DNA of 64,000 nt from assembly GCA_900752195.1 (NCBI GenBank), contig CAADUJ010000007.1, positions 203,716 to 267,715 on the forward strand. Reading direction: 5' to 3'. A model generated the notes under the pieces. It saw only the letters and a program-made list of their open reading frames with translations. It was not told the origin of the DNA and ran no database searches. This DNA comes from an uncultured Negativicutes bacterium. GTDB lineage: Bacteria > Bacillota > Negativicutes > Veillonellales > Megasphaeraceae. Made by a program: the position numbers and the translations under genes. This document shows, piece by piece, positions 21,217-34,265 of the stretch (positions within the stretch are counted from its first letter, which is position 1; each line of letters starts with the position of its first letter).

Positions 21217-22077
21217 ATGCCGAGTGCACGCGAAATAAACCGACGGATTAAATCCGTTACGAATACACAGCAGATCACAAAGGCCATGAAGATGGTTTCC
21301 TCCGTACGTCTGCGCCGTGCACAAGAACGCGCGTTAGCAACGGCTCCTTTTATGGATAAACTAGAAGGTATGCTGCAGCGTCTTTCTGCTGCGACATCTG
21401 GCGAAGATAATCCCTTGTTCACAGAACGCGAAGTAAAGCGTACGTGCTACATCATTATCGGTTCAGACAAGGGCCTTGCCGGTGCTTTTAACTCCAACAT
21501 CAATAAGGAAATGGTAGCGCTTCTTAAGGATAAGTCCCGTTCGGATTCCTATCTCATCGTCACGGGCCGTAAGCCTGCTGATTATTTGAAACATCTGCGC
21601 ATTACGCCAGAAACGAAGATGTCCGGTTTTTCCGATAAGCCGACATTTCAGCATGCACAGCAAATTGCCCGTGAAGCTACACAGAAATTTGTGGATGGGG
21701 AAGTCGATGAAGTGTATCTCGTCTACACAAAATTCAAATCAGCCCTGTCCCAGGTCGTAACACGGACAAAACTGCTTCCTATCTCTCCTGCTAAAACGGA
21801 AGCGACAGGTGGCCCTATGGAGGAATATCTTTTCACTCCAGACGCTCAGCAAGTTCTCTCAACCCTGCTGCCTCGCTATATCGACATGTCGATTTATAAC
21901 GGGTTGCTGCAATCGGCTGCAAGTGAACTCGGCGCCCGTATGACTGCCATGACGTCGGCAACGGACAATGCCGGTGAACTCATCGACAAGTTGACTGTCA
22001 ACTACAATAAGGTTCGTCAAGCAGGTATTACGAATGAGCTGACAGAAATTGTCAGTGGTGCGAATGCGCTGCAGTAA
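21217..22077 (+). CDS. atpG: F0F1 ATP synthase subunit gamma
   Basis: Conserved termini (MPSAREINRRIKSVTNTQQITKAMKMVS ... ITNELTEIVSGANAL). Confidence 0.9.
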   Translation: MPSAREINRRIKSVTNTQQITKAMKMVSSVRLRRAQERALATAPFMDKLEGMLQRLSAATSGEDNPLFTEREVKRTCYIIIGSDKGLAGAFNSNINKEMVALLKDKSRSDSYLIVTGRKPADYLKHLRITPETKMSGFSDKPTFQHAQQIAREATQKFVDGEVDEVYLVYTKFKSALSQVVTRTKLLPISPAKTEATGGPMEEYLFTPDAQQVLSTLLPRYIDMSIYNGLLQSAASELGARMTAMTSATDNAGELIDKLTVNYNKVRQAGITNELTEIVSGANALQ

Positions 22078-22087
22078 CGGCGTATAA

Positions 22088-23533
<1,446 letters not shown>

Positions 23534-23536
23534 GCC

Positions 23537-23962
23537 ATGGCAGAAGCAGGCAAAACATTCCATCTGGACATTATCACGCCTGATGCCTCCGTTTTAAGCG
23601 ATGATGTAGAATTTGTCGTCGCCCGTGCTCTTGATGGTGACCTGGGTATCATGCCTAACCACGCACCGCTCATAGCATCGTTAGATATCGGCCCTTTGAG
23701 CTATATCAAAGATGGTGTTCGTCAGTATATCTCTGTTGCAGAAGGTTTCATGGAAGTGAGCCATAACACGGTGACGATCATTACACCGGCAGCAGAACAC
23801 CCTACGGATATTGATGTAGAACGTGCACAACGGGCACGTGAAAGAGCTGAAAAGCGCTTGCAAAGCAAGAGTCAGGAAATTGATACGGCTCGTGCCGAAG
23901 CGGCTCTTAAACGGGCATTGCTGCGCATCGACGTGGCTGAACAGTACAGTGGAAAACAATAA
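23537..23962 (+). CDS. atpC: F0F1 ATP synthase subunit epsilon
   Basis: 141 aa, beta-sandwich plus helical hairpin. Last gene of the operon. Confidence 0.9.
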   Translation: MAEAGKTFHLDIITPDASVLSDDVEFVVARALDGDLGIMPNHAPLIASLDIGPLSYIKDGVRQYISVAEGFMEVSHNTVTIITPAAEHPTDIDVERAQRARERAEKRLQSKSQEIDTARAEAALKRALLRIDVAEQYSGKQ

Positions 23963-23970
23963 CTAACATA

Positions 23971-24014
23971 AGGTGCTGTAGTATACGAGTATCGTAGCTA
24001 CAGCGCCTTTTTTA
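23971..24014 (+). terminator. rho-independent terminator of the atp operon
   Basis: Stem aggtgctgtag / ctacagcgcct followed by T6. Confidence 0.55.
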
Positions 24015-24122
24015 TGTGTCAATTATTTCCTAGAGGTTGAAGATAGGCTCATTATAGTGTATCATTTACTATTAGTTACCTATATACATATATATGCTAA
24101 AATATATTTTTATCTTGGAGAC

Positions 24123-26399
24123 ATGGATATGTTAGAATTTCCCATTAAACGAACCATTGTTATCGATGATACAAAAAAGAAAAAAAGAACCAAGAAGAAA
24201 GGAAAAGACGAAAAGCTTGTCATAAATGGCACTGTTCATCTTCCCAAGAAAGAGCCCTTAAAAAAGTTAGATCCGCTACCGAAAAACGCTAAAAATCTGG
24301 TCATCGTCGAATCACCAGCCAAGGCGAAGACTATTGAACGTTTTCTCGGCAAAGACTATAAAGTCATGGCCAGCCGGGGTCATCTGCGTGATTTGCCACG
24401 CAATCAGCTGGGTGTCAATATTGAAGATAACTTTACGCCTGTGTACACGAATATGTTTGACAAGCGCAAGCTCATCGAAGATTTACAAAATGAATACGTC
24501 CGTTCAAAGAACGTATTCCTCGCAACTGACCCGGACCGTGAGGGAGAAGCTATTTCGTGGCATTTAGCCCATTTGTTGGAAATGGATCCGAAGACGCCGT
24601 GCCGTGTCATGTTCCACGAAATCACGAAAAAGGCCGTTATGGAAGGTATGGAACATCCTGAATGCATTGATTTACAAAAAGTCGACGCTCAACAGGCCCG
24701 TCGTGTCCTTGATCGCATCATGGGGTATAAATTGAGCCCTCTTTTGTGGAAAAAGGTTTGCAAAGGCCTCAGTGCCGGTCGTGTCCAATCTGTAGCCGTC
24801 CGCCTCATTTGCGAACGCGAAGAAGAAATCAAAGCATTTGTACCGGAAGAATACTGGACCATTGAAGGTACATACACGACGGAAGACGGTCTCGATTTAC
24901 ATGCAGAGCTGACGAAAATAAAGGGAAAGAAAGCGGCCATTGCAACGGAAGAAGACGCAAAATCCATTGCTCTTTCCCTAGGTTGGGAAAAGAAAACATC
25001 TACCGGCCACGAACCAGATCTCATTGATAAGGTGGAAGTGCGCACGAGAAAACGGCAGCCAGCGCCGCCATTTACGACTTCTACGATGCAGCAGGAATGT
25101 GTAAGCAAACTCAACTTTGGCGCTAAGAAGACCATGATGCTGGCGCAACAACTGTATGAAGGCCTGGATATTGGCGATCATGGTCACGTCGGCCTCATTA
25201 CGTACATGCGTACAGATTCGGTCCGCATTAACGACGATATGATTCAGCAGGCACGAGACTTTATTAAGACCACCTATGGTGCCGACTATATACCGGCTAA
25301 ACCCCATATATACAAGGCTAAATCGTCTAGTCAGGATGCTCATGAAGCGATTCGTCCTACATCCTTGGAACTGACTCCGTCTGCCGTGAGCTCGTATTTA
25401 TCGCGGGATCAGCTGCGGCTCTATACGCTCATCTGGAATCGGTTCCTTGCCAGCCAGATGTCACCGGTCGTGACGGATCATATGGCCGTCATTATTCACA
25501 GCGGCGATTATGAGCTCCGTGCATCCGGATATACAGTGAAGTTCCGTGGCTTTACACAGCTCTATGAAGAATCGAAGAAGGATAAGGCTCTCCGGGCTCT
25601 TCCGGAAGTAAAAAAAGGGTCTGTTGTCCATAATAAGAAAATCGATACGCTCCAGCACTTTACACAACCTCCGGCACGATATACCGAAGCCAGTCTCATT
25701 AAGACGCTGGAAGAAAAGGGAATCGGCCGCCCGAGTACATATGCGCCCATTATGGATACTATCCAGAATCGCAACTATGTCGAAAAAAAGGACAAACAGT
25801 TTATCCCGACAGAACTGGGGTTTGTCATTGTCGATTTATTGAAGCAATATTTTGAACGCATAATCAACGTGGGCTTTACGGCTCACATGGAAGAAGAACT
25901 CGATGATATCGAAAAGGGAAAAGAATCATACGTCCACGTATTGCAAGGGTTTTACGACGTCTTTGAACCGGAACTGGAAAATGCTGAAAAGAGCATGGAA
26001 AAAGTAACCATCGCCGGTCAGGACTCAGGCGAAGTCTGTGAACTTTGTGGTGCGCCCATGGTATATAAATTTGGCCGTTTTGGCAAGTTTCTGGCATGTT
26101 CCAATTTCCCGGAATGTCGCAATACGAAAGCCATCGTCGAAGATATGGGGATTACGTGCCCGAAATGCGGCAAAGGCTCCCTGATTAAACGGAAATCGAA
26201 GAAGGGCCGTGTCTTTTACGGCTGTAGCGAATATCCTCATTGTGATTTTGTCTTGTGGAATCAACCGGTCGATAAAAAATGCAAGCTTTGTGGCAGCATC
26301 ATGACAATCAAACATTATAAAAAGGGACCGGATAAGCTGTTTTGCAGCAATGAGGAATGTGAAAATCATAAGAAGGGTGAAATAGTGAATGAAGAATAG
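24123..26399 (+). CDS. topA: DNA topoisomerase I with an unusual ~60-aa lysine-rich N-terminal extension
   Basis: Toprim start [19 protein letters not shown], active-site region and four C-terminal C4 zinc ribbons. Start chosen at the ATG at 24123 (GGAG 6 nt upstream). There is no other in-frame start before the Toprim motif. Confidence 0.9.
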   Translation: MDMLEFPIKRTIVIDDTKKKKRTKKKGKDEKLVINGTVHLPKKEPLKKLDPLPKNAKNLVIVESPAKAKTIERFLGKDYKVMASRGHLRDLPRNQLGVNIEDNFTPVYTNMFDKRKLIEDLQNEYVRSKNVFLATDPDREGEAISWHLAHLLEMDPKTPCRVMFHEITKKAVMEGMEHPECIDLQKVDAQQARRVLDRIMGYKLSPLLWKKVCKGLSAGRVQSVAVRLICEREEEIKAFVPEEYWTIEGTYTTEDGLDLHAELTKIKGKKAAIATEEDAKSIALSLGWEKKTSTGHEPDLIDKVEVRTRKRQPAPPFTTSTMQQECVSKLNFGAKKTMMLAQQLYEGLDIGDHGHVGLITYMRTDSVRINDDMIQQARDFIKTTYGADYIPAKPHIYKAKSSSQDAHEAIRPTSLELTPSAVSSYLSRDQLRLYTLIWNRFLASQMSPVVTDHMAVIIHSGDYELRASGYTVKFRGFTQLYEESKKDKALRALPEVKKGSVVHNKKIDTLQHFTQPPARYTEASLIKTLEEKGIGRPSTYAPIMDTIQNRNYVEKKDKQFIPTELGFVIVDLLKQYFERIINVGFTAHMEEELDDIEKGKESYVHVLQGFYDVFEPELENAEKSMEKVTIAGQDSGEVCELCGAPMVYKFGRFGKFLACSNFPECRNTKAIVEDMGITCPKCGKGSLIKRKSKKGRVFYGCSEYPHCDFVLWNQPVDKKCKLCGSIMTIKHYKKGPDKLFCSNEECENHKKGEIVNEE

Positions 26400-27699
26400 T
26401 GTACTTGTCATCGGTGCTGGCCTTGCCGGTTCCGAAGCCGCATGGCAGCTCGTATCGAAAGGGATTCCTGTAGAGCTTGTGGAAATGCGTCCTGTCATGG
26501 AATCTCCAGCACACCATACCGATTTGTTTGCTGAGCTCGTCTGCAGCAACTCCCTGCGAGCAGCTAATATCGAAAATGCCGTTGGACTTCTAAAGGAAGA
26601 AATGCGACAGCTCGGCTCCCTTATCATGGAAGCCGCTGATACCCATCGCGTCCCGGCTGGTGGCGCTCTGGCTGTCGATCGTGTTCCCTTCAGCCAGTTC
26701 ATTACAGATAGATTACAGAACCATCCGCTCGTCACTGTACGTCACGAAGAAGTGGCTGCCGTACCGGATGATCAGATTTGTATCATCGCTACAGGGCCAC
26801 TTACGAGCCCGGCCATGACTCGGTGGATACAAGAATTTACGGGGGAAGACTATTTTTACTTCCACGATGCGGCAGCACCGATTGTAACGGTCGATTCGTT
26901 GGATATGAATAAGGTATATAGGGCTGCGCGTTATGGAAAAGGCGGTGCCGATTACTTGAATTGTCCCTTTACAGAAGAAGAGTATATCCGCTTCTGGAAC
27001 GAACTGACAAAGGCCGAATGTGCCGAACTCCACGAATTTGAAAAGGACGCCACTGTCTTTGAAGGCTGTATGCCCGTCGAAGTCATGGCATCCCGTGGCA
27101 TCGATACGCTCCGTTTCGGTCCCATGAAACCGGTAGGCCTGGAAGTACCGGATACAGGCGAAGTACCGTATGCCGTCGTCCAGCTCAGGCAGGATAACGG
27201 CAGTGCTACGCTCTATAATATCGTCGGCTTCCAGACGCATTTAAAATTCCCTGAGCAAAAGCGGGTATTTTCCATGATTCCCGGTCTGGAACAGGCAGAA
27301 TTTGTACGTTACGGCGTCATGCATCGCAATTCCTATATCAATTCGCCCCATATCCTCAATGCGACATTGCAGGCGAAGAAAAATGAAAATATTTTCTTTG
27401 CCGGACAACTTACAGGCGTTGAAGGGTATCTGGAATCGGCTTCTATGGGGCTTTTAGCCGGTATCAATGCGGCAAAACGGATGACAGGAAAAGATTGCCT
27501 GACCTTTTCCAAAAAGACGGCTATCGGCGGATTAAGCCAATATATTTCCACTGAAAATGACCACTTCCAGCCTATGAATATCAATTTTGGTATCATGGAA
27601 CCGCTGGGCATCAAGAAACGAATGAAAAAGAAAGAAAAAAATGGCCTGCTAGCCAAACGGGCCCTTGAAGAAATCGAAACGATGAAGGAGATGTTGTAA
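26389..27699 (+). CDS. trmFO: methylenetetrahydrofolate--tRNA-(uracil54-C5)-methyltransferase (FADH2-dependent)
   Basis: [24 protein letters not shown]-binding fold and TrmFO/Gid-like body. Overlaps the topA stop by 11 nt. Confidence 0.9.
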   Translation: MKNSVLVIGAGLAGSEAAWQLVSKGIPVELVEMRPVMESPAHHTDLFAELVCSNSLRAANIENAVGLLKEEMRQLGSLIMEAADTHRVPAGGALAVDRVPFSQFITDRLQNHPLVTVRHEEVAAVPDDQICIIATGPLTSPAMTRWIQEFTGEDYFYFHDAAAPIVTVDSLDMNKVYRAARYGKGGADYLNCPFTEEEYIRFWNELTKAECAELHEFEKDATVFEGCMPVEVMASRGIDTLRFGPMKPVGLEVPDTGEVPYAVVQLRQDNGSATLYNIVGFQTHLKFPEQKRVFSMIPGLEQAEFVRYGVMHRNSYINSPHILNATLQAKKNENIFFAGQLTGVEGYLESASMGLLAGINAAKRMTGKDCLTFSKKTAIGGLSQYISTENDHFQPMNINFGIMEPLGIKKRMKKKEKNGLLAKRALEEIETMKEML

Positions 27700-28239
27700 G
27701 TGAACACAGACTTTCATGCAACTACGATATGTGCCGTCCAGCGCAATGGCAAGACGGCAATTGCTGGCGATGGACAGGTCACATTAGGCAATTCGGTTAT
27801 TATGAAGGGGACAGCACAAAAAGTCCGTCGTCTCTATCATGGCAAAATCGTCAGCGGCTTTGCCGGTTCTGTAGCTGACGCCTTTACCTTATTTGATCAT
27901 TTTGAAGAAAAGTTGAATGAACACAATGGCAATCTCGTCAGAAGTGCCGTAGAACTTGCAAAAGATTGGCGGTCTGATAAGATTTTGCACAAACTCGAAG
28001 CACTGCTCCTCGTTGCAGACAGCCAACGGATCCTCCTTATTTCCGGTAACGGCGAAGTCATTGAACCAGATGACGGAATTCTCGCTATCGGTTCCGGTGG
28101 GAACTATGCCTTGGCATCGGCACGGGCACTCTTGCAAAATACAGACCTTTCGGCGCGGGAAATCGCTGAAAAATCCCTTCATATTGCCGCCGATATCTGT
28201 GTCTATACGAACCACAATGTAATTGTAGAAGAAATATAA
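27700..28239 (+). CDS. hslV: ATP-dependent protease subunit HslV
   Basis: N-terminal Thr after Met ([21 protein letters not shown]). GTG start. Confidence 0.9.
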   Translation: MNTDFHATTICAVQRNGKTAIAGDGQVTLGNSVIMKGTAQKVRRLYHGKIVSGFAGSVADAFTLFDHFEEKLNEHNGNLVRSAVELAKDWRSDKILHKLEALLLVADSQRILLISGNGEVIEPDDGILAIGSGGNYALASARALLQNTDLSAREIAEKSLHIAADICVYTNHNVIVEEI

Positions 28240-28262
28240 CGCATCAGGGAAAGAGGGTTATT

Positions 28263-29672
28263 ATGAACGAAATTGAATTGACTCCAAAACAGATTGTTGC
28301 GGAATTAGATAAATATATCGTCGGACAGGGCGAAGCGAAGAAATCTGTCGCCATTGCCCTGCGCAATCGGTGGCGCCGCAAGCACTTAACAGAAGACTTG
28401 CAGCGTGAAATCATACCGAAGAACATCCTTCTTATCGGTCCTACCGGCGTCGGTAAGACCGAAATCGCCCGCCGTCTGGCTCGTCTTGTTGGGGCGCCTT
28501 TCATCAAGGTCGAAGCGACGAAGTACACCGAAGTCGGCTATGTAGGACGCGATGTAGAACAAATCATCCGCGACCTCGTCGCCAATGCGATTCGCATGGT
28601 CCAGGAACAAGAAAGCCAGCGTCTGGAAACGCAGGCAGAAGACGAAGCCAATAAGCGTATCCTCCAGGTGCTGTGGCCGAAGAAGAAATCCATTGAAGAA
28701 AAGGTACCGAATCCGATGGAATTATTCTTTTCTTCTGATGACAGCGAAAGGGATGAAAAGAAAGATGACGTAAAAGCGTTGGAAAAACCTATGTCGGACC
28801 GCCGTCAAAACATGCTCGAAGATATTCGAAACCACAAGATGGATGACCGTGAAATTGAAATAGAAGTAGCGGAACAGGAACGGACGATATCCGGTATCCT
28901 TACGGGCAATTCGACGGAAGAATTGACGAACAACTTCCAGGAAATGCTGGGCAGCATCATGCCGAAAAAGAAAAAGAAAAAGAAGATGACGATTGCCAAA
29001 GCCAGAGAAATCTTTAAAGATGAAGAACTGGAAAAGATGCTGGATATGGATGTAGTGGTAGATAGAGCTATCGAAGCGACGGAACAAGCCGGCATCGTCT
29101 TTATCGATGAATTCGATAAGATTGCTGAAAAAGGCCGTGCCAATGGCCCTGACGTTTCCCGTGAAGGTGTACAGCGCGATATACTGCCTATCGTAGAAGG
29201 GGCAACAGTTAACACGAAGTACGGTCCTGTCAAGACAGATCACATCCTCTTCATTGCAGCCGGTGCGTTCCATGTATCAAAACCGAGCGACCTCATTCCG
29301 GAACTGCAGGGCCGTTTCCCAATCCGCGTCGAACTCCAATCCCTTACAGTCGACGATTTCCGTCGTATCCTGACAGAACCGAGCCAATCCCTTGTGAAAC
29401 AGTATACATCCCTCCTTTCGACAGAAGGTGTGGAATTGGAATTTGTCGATGAAGGCATCAATACCATTGCCGAATACGCATACCGCGTCAATCAGGAAAC
29501 TGAAAATATTGGCGCCCGTCGTCTCCATACGATCTTAGAAAAGATTTTGGAAGACGTAGCCTATGAAGCACCAGATATTGAAGAAAAACACATCGTCATC
29601 AATAAAGCCTTTGTCGATAGCAAATTGAACGACGTCGTGGAAAATGTTGACCTCAGCCATTACATTTTATAA
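28263..29672 (+). CDS. hslU: ATP-dependent protease ATPase subunit HslU
   Basis: Walker A GPTGVGKTEIARRLA, an I-domain with an acidic/Lys-rich insert, sensor motifs. The minus-strand ORFs inside are shadows. Confidence 0.92.
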   Translation: MNEIELTPKQIVAELDKYIVGQGEAKKSVAIALRNRWRRKHLTEDLQREIIPKNILLIGPTGVGKTEIARRLARLVGAPFIKVEATKYTEVGYVGRDVEQIIRDLVANAIRMVQEQESQRLETQAEDEANKRILQVLWPKKKSIEEKVPNPMELFFSSDDSERDEKKDDVKALEKPMSDRRQNMLEDIRNHKMDDREIEIEVAEQERTISGILTGNSTEELTNNFQEMLGSIMPKKKKKKKMTIAKAREIFKDEELEKMLDMDVVVDRAIEATEQAGIVFIDEFDKIAEKGRANGPDVSREGVQRDILPIVEGATVNTKYGPVKTDHILFIAAGAFHVSKPSDLIPELQGRFPIRVELQSLTVDDFRRILTEPSQSLVKQYTSLLSTEGVELEFVDEGINTIAEYAYRVNQETENIGARRLHTILEKILEDVAYEAPDIEEKHIVINKAFVDSKLNDVVENVDLSHYIL

Positions 29673-29681
29673 AGGAGCCGT

Positions 29682-30902
29682 ATGAGACCGTACGCAACGT
29701 TATATATAACTAAAAAAGGGGAACGCGCCACAAGGAGCGGACATCCCTGGGTATATGGAGAAGAAGTGACCCGTGTCGATGGCTCATATGAAACGGGCGA
29801 TATCGTCGATGTCGTCAATGAAAAGGGCCGCTATCTCGGGACGGGTTTTGCCAATGATATTTCAAAAATCCGTGTCCGTATCGTGTCGCGCAATGCCAAT
29901 GACCGCTTCGATGAAGCTTTCTGGCGGCGCCGCGTCCACTATGCCATCGACTATCGCAAGACCGTCATGGGAGATGATTTTTCCTGTTGCCGGCTCATTT
30001 TCGGCGATGCCGATGAGATGCCAGGTCTTACCGTTGACCTTTATACGGATATCGTTGTAGCCCAGACACTGTGTTTCGGCATGGACCGCGTAAAACCCAT
30101 TATTTTCAAGGCCGTTGTAGAAGAATTGAAGGATATGGGCGTTACCATCCGCGGTATTTATGAACGGAATGACGTCAAAGTACGCGAACTCGACGGCATG
30201 GAACAGTATAAAGGCTGGTTCGACAGCGACTTTTTAACCCATAGCGGGGATGCCATCACGACGATTGTAGAAAATGGCATTTCTTATGAAGTAGATGTAG
30301 AGAATGGTCAGAAAACGGGGTTCTTCCTGGATCAGAAATATAACCGCCGCGCCGTTGCAAAAATCGCAAAAGGCCGTCATGTCCTGGATTGCTTTACCCA
30401 CACCGGTGCCTTTGCCCTTAATGCAGCCATGGGCGGTGCTGCATCTGTTACAGCTGTTGATGTATCGGAAGAAGCTGTACATATGACAGAAGAAAATATC
30501 CGCCGCAATGGATTAGAACAGGTTGTCACAGCCAAGCAGGCCAATGTCTTTGACTGGCTTACAGACTTGGCAGACCATAAGAATCATGCTTTTGATTTCA
30601 TCATCCTCGATCCGCCGGCGTTTACCAAGTCAGGCCATACCGTAAAAAATGCCATCCGTGGCTATAAGGAAATCAACTTGAAAGCCATGAAACTTCTGCC
30701 GAGAGGCGGCTATTTGGCAACGTGTTCGTGTTCGCACTTCATGCGGGATGAATTATTCCGCCGTATGCTGCACGATGCTGCTCATGACGCCGGCCGGTCT
30801 CTCCGTCAGATTGAAGGGCGCCAGCAATCGCCGGATCATCCGATTTTATGGAATGTTCCTGAAACGGATTACTTGAAATTCTACCTTTTCCAGGTTGTCT
30901 GA
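29682..30902 (+). CDS. class I SAM-dependent rRNA (cytosine-C5) methyltransferase, RlmI/RlmK-like (PUA + MTase)
   Basis: N-terminal PUA-like fold plus SAM-binding VLDCFTHTGAFAL and DPPAF motifs. Confidence 0.75.
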   Translation: MRPYATLYITKKGERATRSGHPWVYGEEVTRVDGSYETGDIVDVVNEKGRYLGTGFANDISKIRVRIVSRNANDRFDEAFWRRRVHYAIDYRKTVMGDDFSCCRLIFGDADEMPGLTVDLYTDIVVAQTLCFGMDRVKPIIFKAVVEELKDMGVTIRGIYERNDVKVRELDGMEQYKGWFDSDFLTHSGDAITTIVENGISYEVDVENGQKTGFFLDQKYNRRAVAKIAKGRHVLDCFTHTGAFALNAAMGGAASVTAVDVSEEAVHMTEENIRRNGLEQVVTAKQANVFDWLTDLADHKNHAFDFIILDPPAFTKSGHTVKNAIRGYKEINLKAMKLLPRGGYLATCSCSHFMRDELFRRMLHDAAHDAGRSLRQIEGRQQSPDHPILWNVPETDYLKFYLFQVV

Positions 30903-31031
30903 TCGTTTTTTCATATCCAACGGACCTTGATGCCGTATTTATCTGATGCGGCCTTTATGGTATAATGAAGCCAGTTTTAAACATATACGCATAGTATTTC
31001 CTGTACTGCCATGATAAAGGAGAAAAAGTCG

Positions 31032-32537
31032 ATGAATTTTAAAAGTACACGCTCCAATGAAACGGTTACACCTTCATTTGCATTGCTCCACGGACTGGCG
31101 CAAGATGGGGGATTATACGTGCCAGAACACTTCCCGAAACAGGTTCTGTCTTATGAAGCGCTCAAGGAAAAATCTTATCAGGAAATCGTAGAAATCGTAT
31201 TGTCCCACTTCTTCACGAATTTTACGGCAGAAGAACGAAAACAGATGATTTCTCAGGCCTATAATGACAAGACCTTCCGAGATAGCCGCATCGTGCCGCT
31301 TCATTCTATTGATACGAACCTTTCTATAGCGGAACTGTTCCATGGCAGAACCGTCGCTTTCAAGGATTTAGCATTGTCTCTTTTCCCGTATCTTCTGACA
31401 GCAGCCAAAAAACAAGAAAAAGAAAATCGGGATATTTTGATTCTCACAGCGACGAGTGGTGATACAGGAAAAGCTGCTTTAGAAGGCTTTAAGGATGTAG
31501 AAGGCACAAATATCATGGTCTTCTATCCCAGCGAAGGGGTAAGCCCTATGCAGAAACAGCAGATGGATAAGCAGGAAGGGGATAACGTCAATGTCCAAGC
31601 CATACATGGCAATTTTGACGATGCCCAGAGCTTTTTAAAGTGCGTCTTCATAAATCCAGAAGTCAATGATTATGCGCATGACCATGGCGTCCTCTTTTCC
31701 AGTGCAAACTCTATCAACATAGGTCGTCTGTTCCCGCAGATTGCCTATTACGTATCGACGTGGGTGCGTCTTGTAGATGACGGCATCATCGGCTTTGACG
31801 AAGACGTTGACGTCATCGTGCCGACAGGGAACTTCGGCAATATCCTGGCGGCCTGGTTTGCAAAGAAGATGGGGGCCCACATTGGTCATCTCGTCTGTGC
31901 ATCGAATCAGAATAAGGTCCTGGCTGACTTTTTTGAAACAGGCGTTTACGATATGAATCGCCCTTTCTATACGACGACGAGCCCGTCTATGGATATTTTG
32001 CTTTCTAGCAATTTTGAACGGTTCCTGTACTACGTCGCACAGGAAGACAGCGACCGTGTCACAGCATGGGAAAAAGACCTTGCAGACACGGGAAAACTTC
32101 AGGTCAGCGCCGAAGAACTAGCGGCTTTACAAAAAGATTTCAGTGGCGGCTGGATTGATGATGAAGAGACAAAAGCTGTCATCAACCATGTCTATAACGA
32201 TTACGGATATCTCTTAGATCCCCATACAGCCGTTGCCTATGGCGTGTACATGAATCGCCACAAGCAGGGCCTTCACGAAAAGGGGCATACCCTTATCATG
32301 GCGACAGCTCATCCTTATAAATTCCCGCCCGTCATCTGTGAAGCTCTGGCTCTTACGAAAGATGAAGATCCTTTCGTCATGCTTCAGACCATTGCTGGTG
32401 TGACGGGAATTCAAGTGCCGGCACCGCTTGCAGATTTAAAACAAAAGCCGGTCCGTTTTTCCACATCTATTGAAAAAGAAGACATGAAACAGTCTGTTCT
32501 TTCCTTCATCGATGCGATTGAAAGCAAGCATAAATAG
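31032..32537 (+). CDS. thrC: threonine synthase (long form)
   Basis: MNFKSTRSNETVTPSFALLHGLAQDGGLYVPE... and a PLP-binding Lys region. ATG at 31032 preceded by AAAGGAG. Confidence 0.85.
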   Translation: MNFKSTRSNETVTPSFALLHGLAQDGGLYVPEHFPKQVLSYEALKEKSYQEIVEIVLSHFFTNFTAEERKQMISQAYNDKTFRDSRIVPLHSIDTNLSIAELFHGRTVAFKDLALSLFPYLLTAAKKQEKENRDILILTATSGDTGKAALEGFKDVEGTNIMVFYPSEGVSPMQKQQMDKQEGDNVNVQAIHGNFDDAQSFLKCVFINPEVNDYAHDHGVLFSSANSINIGRLFPQIAYYVSTWVRLVDDGIIGFDEDVDVIVPTGNFGNILAAWFAKKMGAHIGHLVCASNQNKVLADFFETGVYDMNRPFYTTTSPSMDILLSSNFERFLYYVAQEDSDRVTAWEKDLADTGKLQVSAEELAALQKDFSGGWIDDEETKAVINHVYNDYGYLLDPHTAVAYGVYMNRHKQGLHEKGHTLIMATAHPYKFPPVICEALALTKDEDPFVMLQTIAGVTGIQVPAPLADLKQKPVRFSTSIEKEDMKQSVLSFIDAIESKHK

Positions 32538-32558
32538 AAAAGAGGACAACAAATCTAT

Positions 32559-33449
32559 ATGAATAAAGGCGTTGTATATGCCATCTTATCGGCATTAGCA
32601 TTTAGTATACAAAATGTAATCGTAAAAGAATTGTCGTACACTATGAGCACTGGGGAAATTGCGTTTTTTCGCGGTTTCCTCAGTGCCATTCTTATTATCA
32701 TCCTCATGCGCATTAAACACGTTCATCTGTCTCACTCCGATAGACCGACTCTGGCGATGCGGGGGATATTTGGCGGCATTGGAATGGTATGCATTTTCTA
32801 TGCCCTCCGTGGCATGCCCTTGGCAGATGTCTCCATCATTTCGCAGCTATCGGCATTCTTCGTCATGCTTTTTGCCGCTATCTTTTTAAAGGAAGTCCTG
32901 CCGCCAGGGGCGAAACTGCCGTTACTCATTATCTTTCTTGGCGGCTGCCTCGTCGTCAGACCATGGAATTTCTCTTCTTTCAATGTATATTCATTGTTTG
33001 CATTAGGTCAGGCCATCTTTGCGGCAGCTGCCTATACGACAGTCAGTAAACTGACAGGATCAGGCAAACATCATCCATATGAAATCGTCTTGTATTTTCT
33101 CGTGTGTGCCGCTCTTTCCGGTATCGTCCTTATGGCTCTTGGGACGGGCTTTGTCATGCCTAACTTGAGAGAATGGATGTTCTATGGTGCCTTAGGCCTC
33201 GTTACGGTAGTGGCACAAATCTGGATGACTGATGCCTATTCATGGGCTAATCCTGTCGTCGTCAGTTTCGTATCGTATATTGGCGTATTCTTCAATGCGT
33301 TGTGGGGCTTTGTCATTTTCGATGAAGTTTTAACGTTATTGACGCTCTGCGGCGGTTTGCTCATCATTGGCGGCTCTATGTACCTGACAAAATTGAAACA
33401 TGACCGTATTGCCAAAATGGCATCCATTCGTGAAAGACAGAGGAGCTGA
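32559..33449 (+). CDS. DMT-superfamily (EamA-type) transporter
   Basis: 296 aa with ~10 TM helices arranged as a duplicated EamA domain. Confidence 0.7.
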   Translation: MNKGVVYAILSALAFSIQNVIVKELSYTMSTGEIAFFRGFLSAILIIILMRIKHVHLSHSDRPTLAMRGIFGGIGMVCIFYALRGMPLADVSIISQLSAFFVMLFAAIFLKEVLPPGAKLPLLIIFLGGCLVVRPWNFSSFNVYSLFALGQAIFAAAAYTTVSKLTGSGKHHPYEIVLYFLVCAALSGIVLMALGTGFVMPNLREWMFYGALGLVTVVAQIWMTDAYSWANPVVVSFVSYIGVFFNALWGFVIFDEVLTLLTLCGGLLIIGGSMYLTKLKHDRIAKMASIRERQRS

Positions 33450-33454
33450 GCATT

Positions 33455-34198
33455 GTGAAAAGCCAATCATCCATTACGGAAACGCATATTAAAATAGCTC
33501 TCATCGTCGTACTTCTTGTCACGTTGCTAGGCATCCACATTGGAATTCCCAATTTCTATCAAACGGTATGGCACTTATCGACAAGTGGAAATATGGAAGG
33601 GACCATTGACTATTTACGTTCTTTTGGCGTCTGGGCAATGGTTATCAGTATAATCATTGACATCGTCATCAATATCGTTGGTTTTTTGCCGTCAATTTTT
33701 ATTTCGGCAGCTAATGGCGTCGTCTTTGGCGTCTTTCAGGGAACCATCGTATCGTGGATGGGTGAGACCATTGGCGTCATTATCAGTTTTTTCTTTATGC
33801 GGACTCTCTTCCGAAATAAGGCGAAAGAACTTATCGAAAAGAGTAAGATGCTAAGTAAGCTTGATCAATATAGTACCTGGCAGTCCATGGCCATCGCCCG
33901 CGCTGTGCCGTATTCGCCTAATGGCCTCGTTACGGCCCTTGGCGCATTGAGCCACATCAGCTACCGCGACTATATCATAGGCTGCCTTCTCGGTAAGCTT
34001 CCATCCGTTGCCATCGAAGTCTTCGTAGGTCATGACGTCGTCATGCTGGAAGAACACAGCTTACGCCTCACGATTCTTGTTATCGTCGTTGTCATCGTCG
34101 ATGGAGGTCTATGGTATTGGCATCGACGGCAGAAAGCTAAAAAGGTGCTGAAACAAATATCGAAGGATTTGGAGAAAGAGAAACAAAATAAGTCATAA
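33455..34198 (+). CDS. TVP38/TMEM64 (DedA-like) family membrane protein
   Basis: Polytopic membrane protein carrying the conserved VPYSPNGLVTALGALSHISYRDYIIGCLLGKLP block. Confidence 0.65.
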   Translation: MKSQSSITETHIKIALIVVLLVTLLGIHIGIPNFYQTVWHLSTSGNMEGTIDYLRSFGVWAMVISIIIDIVINIVGFLPSIFISAANGVVFGVFQGTIVSWMGETIGVIISFFFMRTLFRNKAKELIEKSKMLSKLDQYSTWQSMAIARAVPYSPNGLVTALGALSHISYRDYIIGCLLGKLPSVAIEVFVGHDVVMLEEHSLRLTILVIVVVIVDGGLWYWHRRQKAKKVLKQISKDLEKEKQNKS

Positions 34199-34265
34199 AA
34201 AAGATGTGAGAAATGACATCGACCTGCACAGGTACTGCCGTTTCTCACATCTTTTGTTTTTGCAG

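Noticed and set aside
24150-24200. Poly-A tracts in topA and the AAG/AAA run encoding K7 in hslU (about 28960-28985) as frameshift sites
   Set aside because: The reading frames are intact through both tracts. Noted only as slippage-prone, not as evidence of a frameshift.
26025-26735. 236-aa minus-strand ORF spanning the topA/trmFO junction
   Set aside because: It overlaps two well-supported + strand genes and has no start context.
28722-29273. 183-aa and 142-aa minus-strand ORFs inside hslU
   Set aside because: Shadows of the Glu/Lys-rich I-domain coding region.
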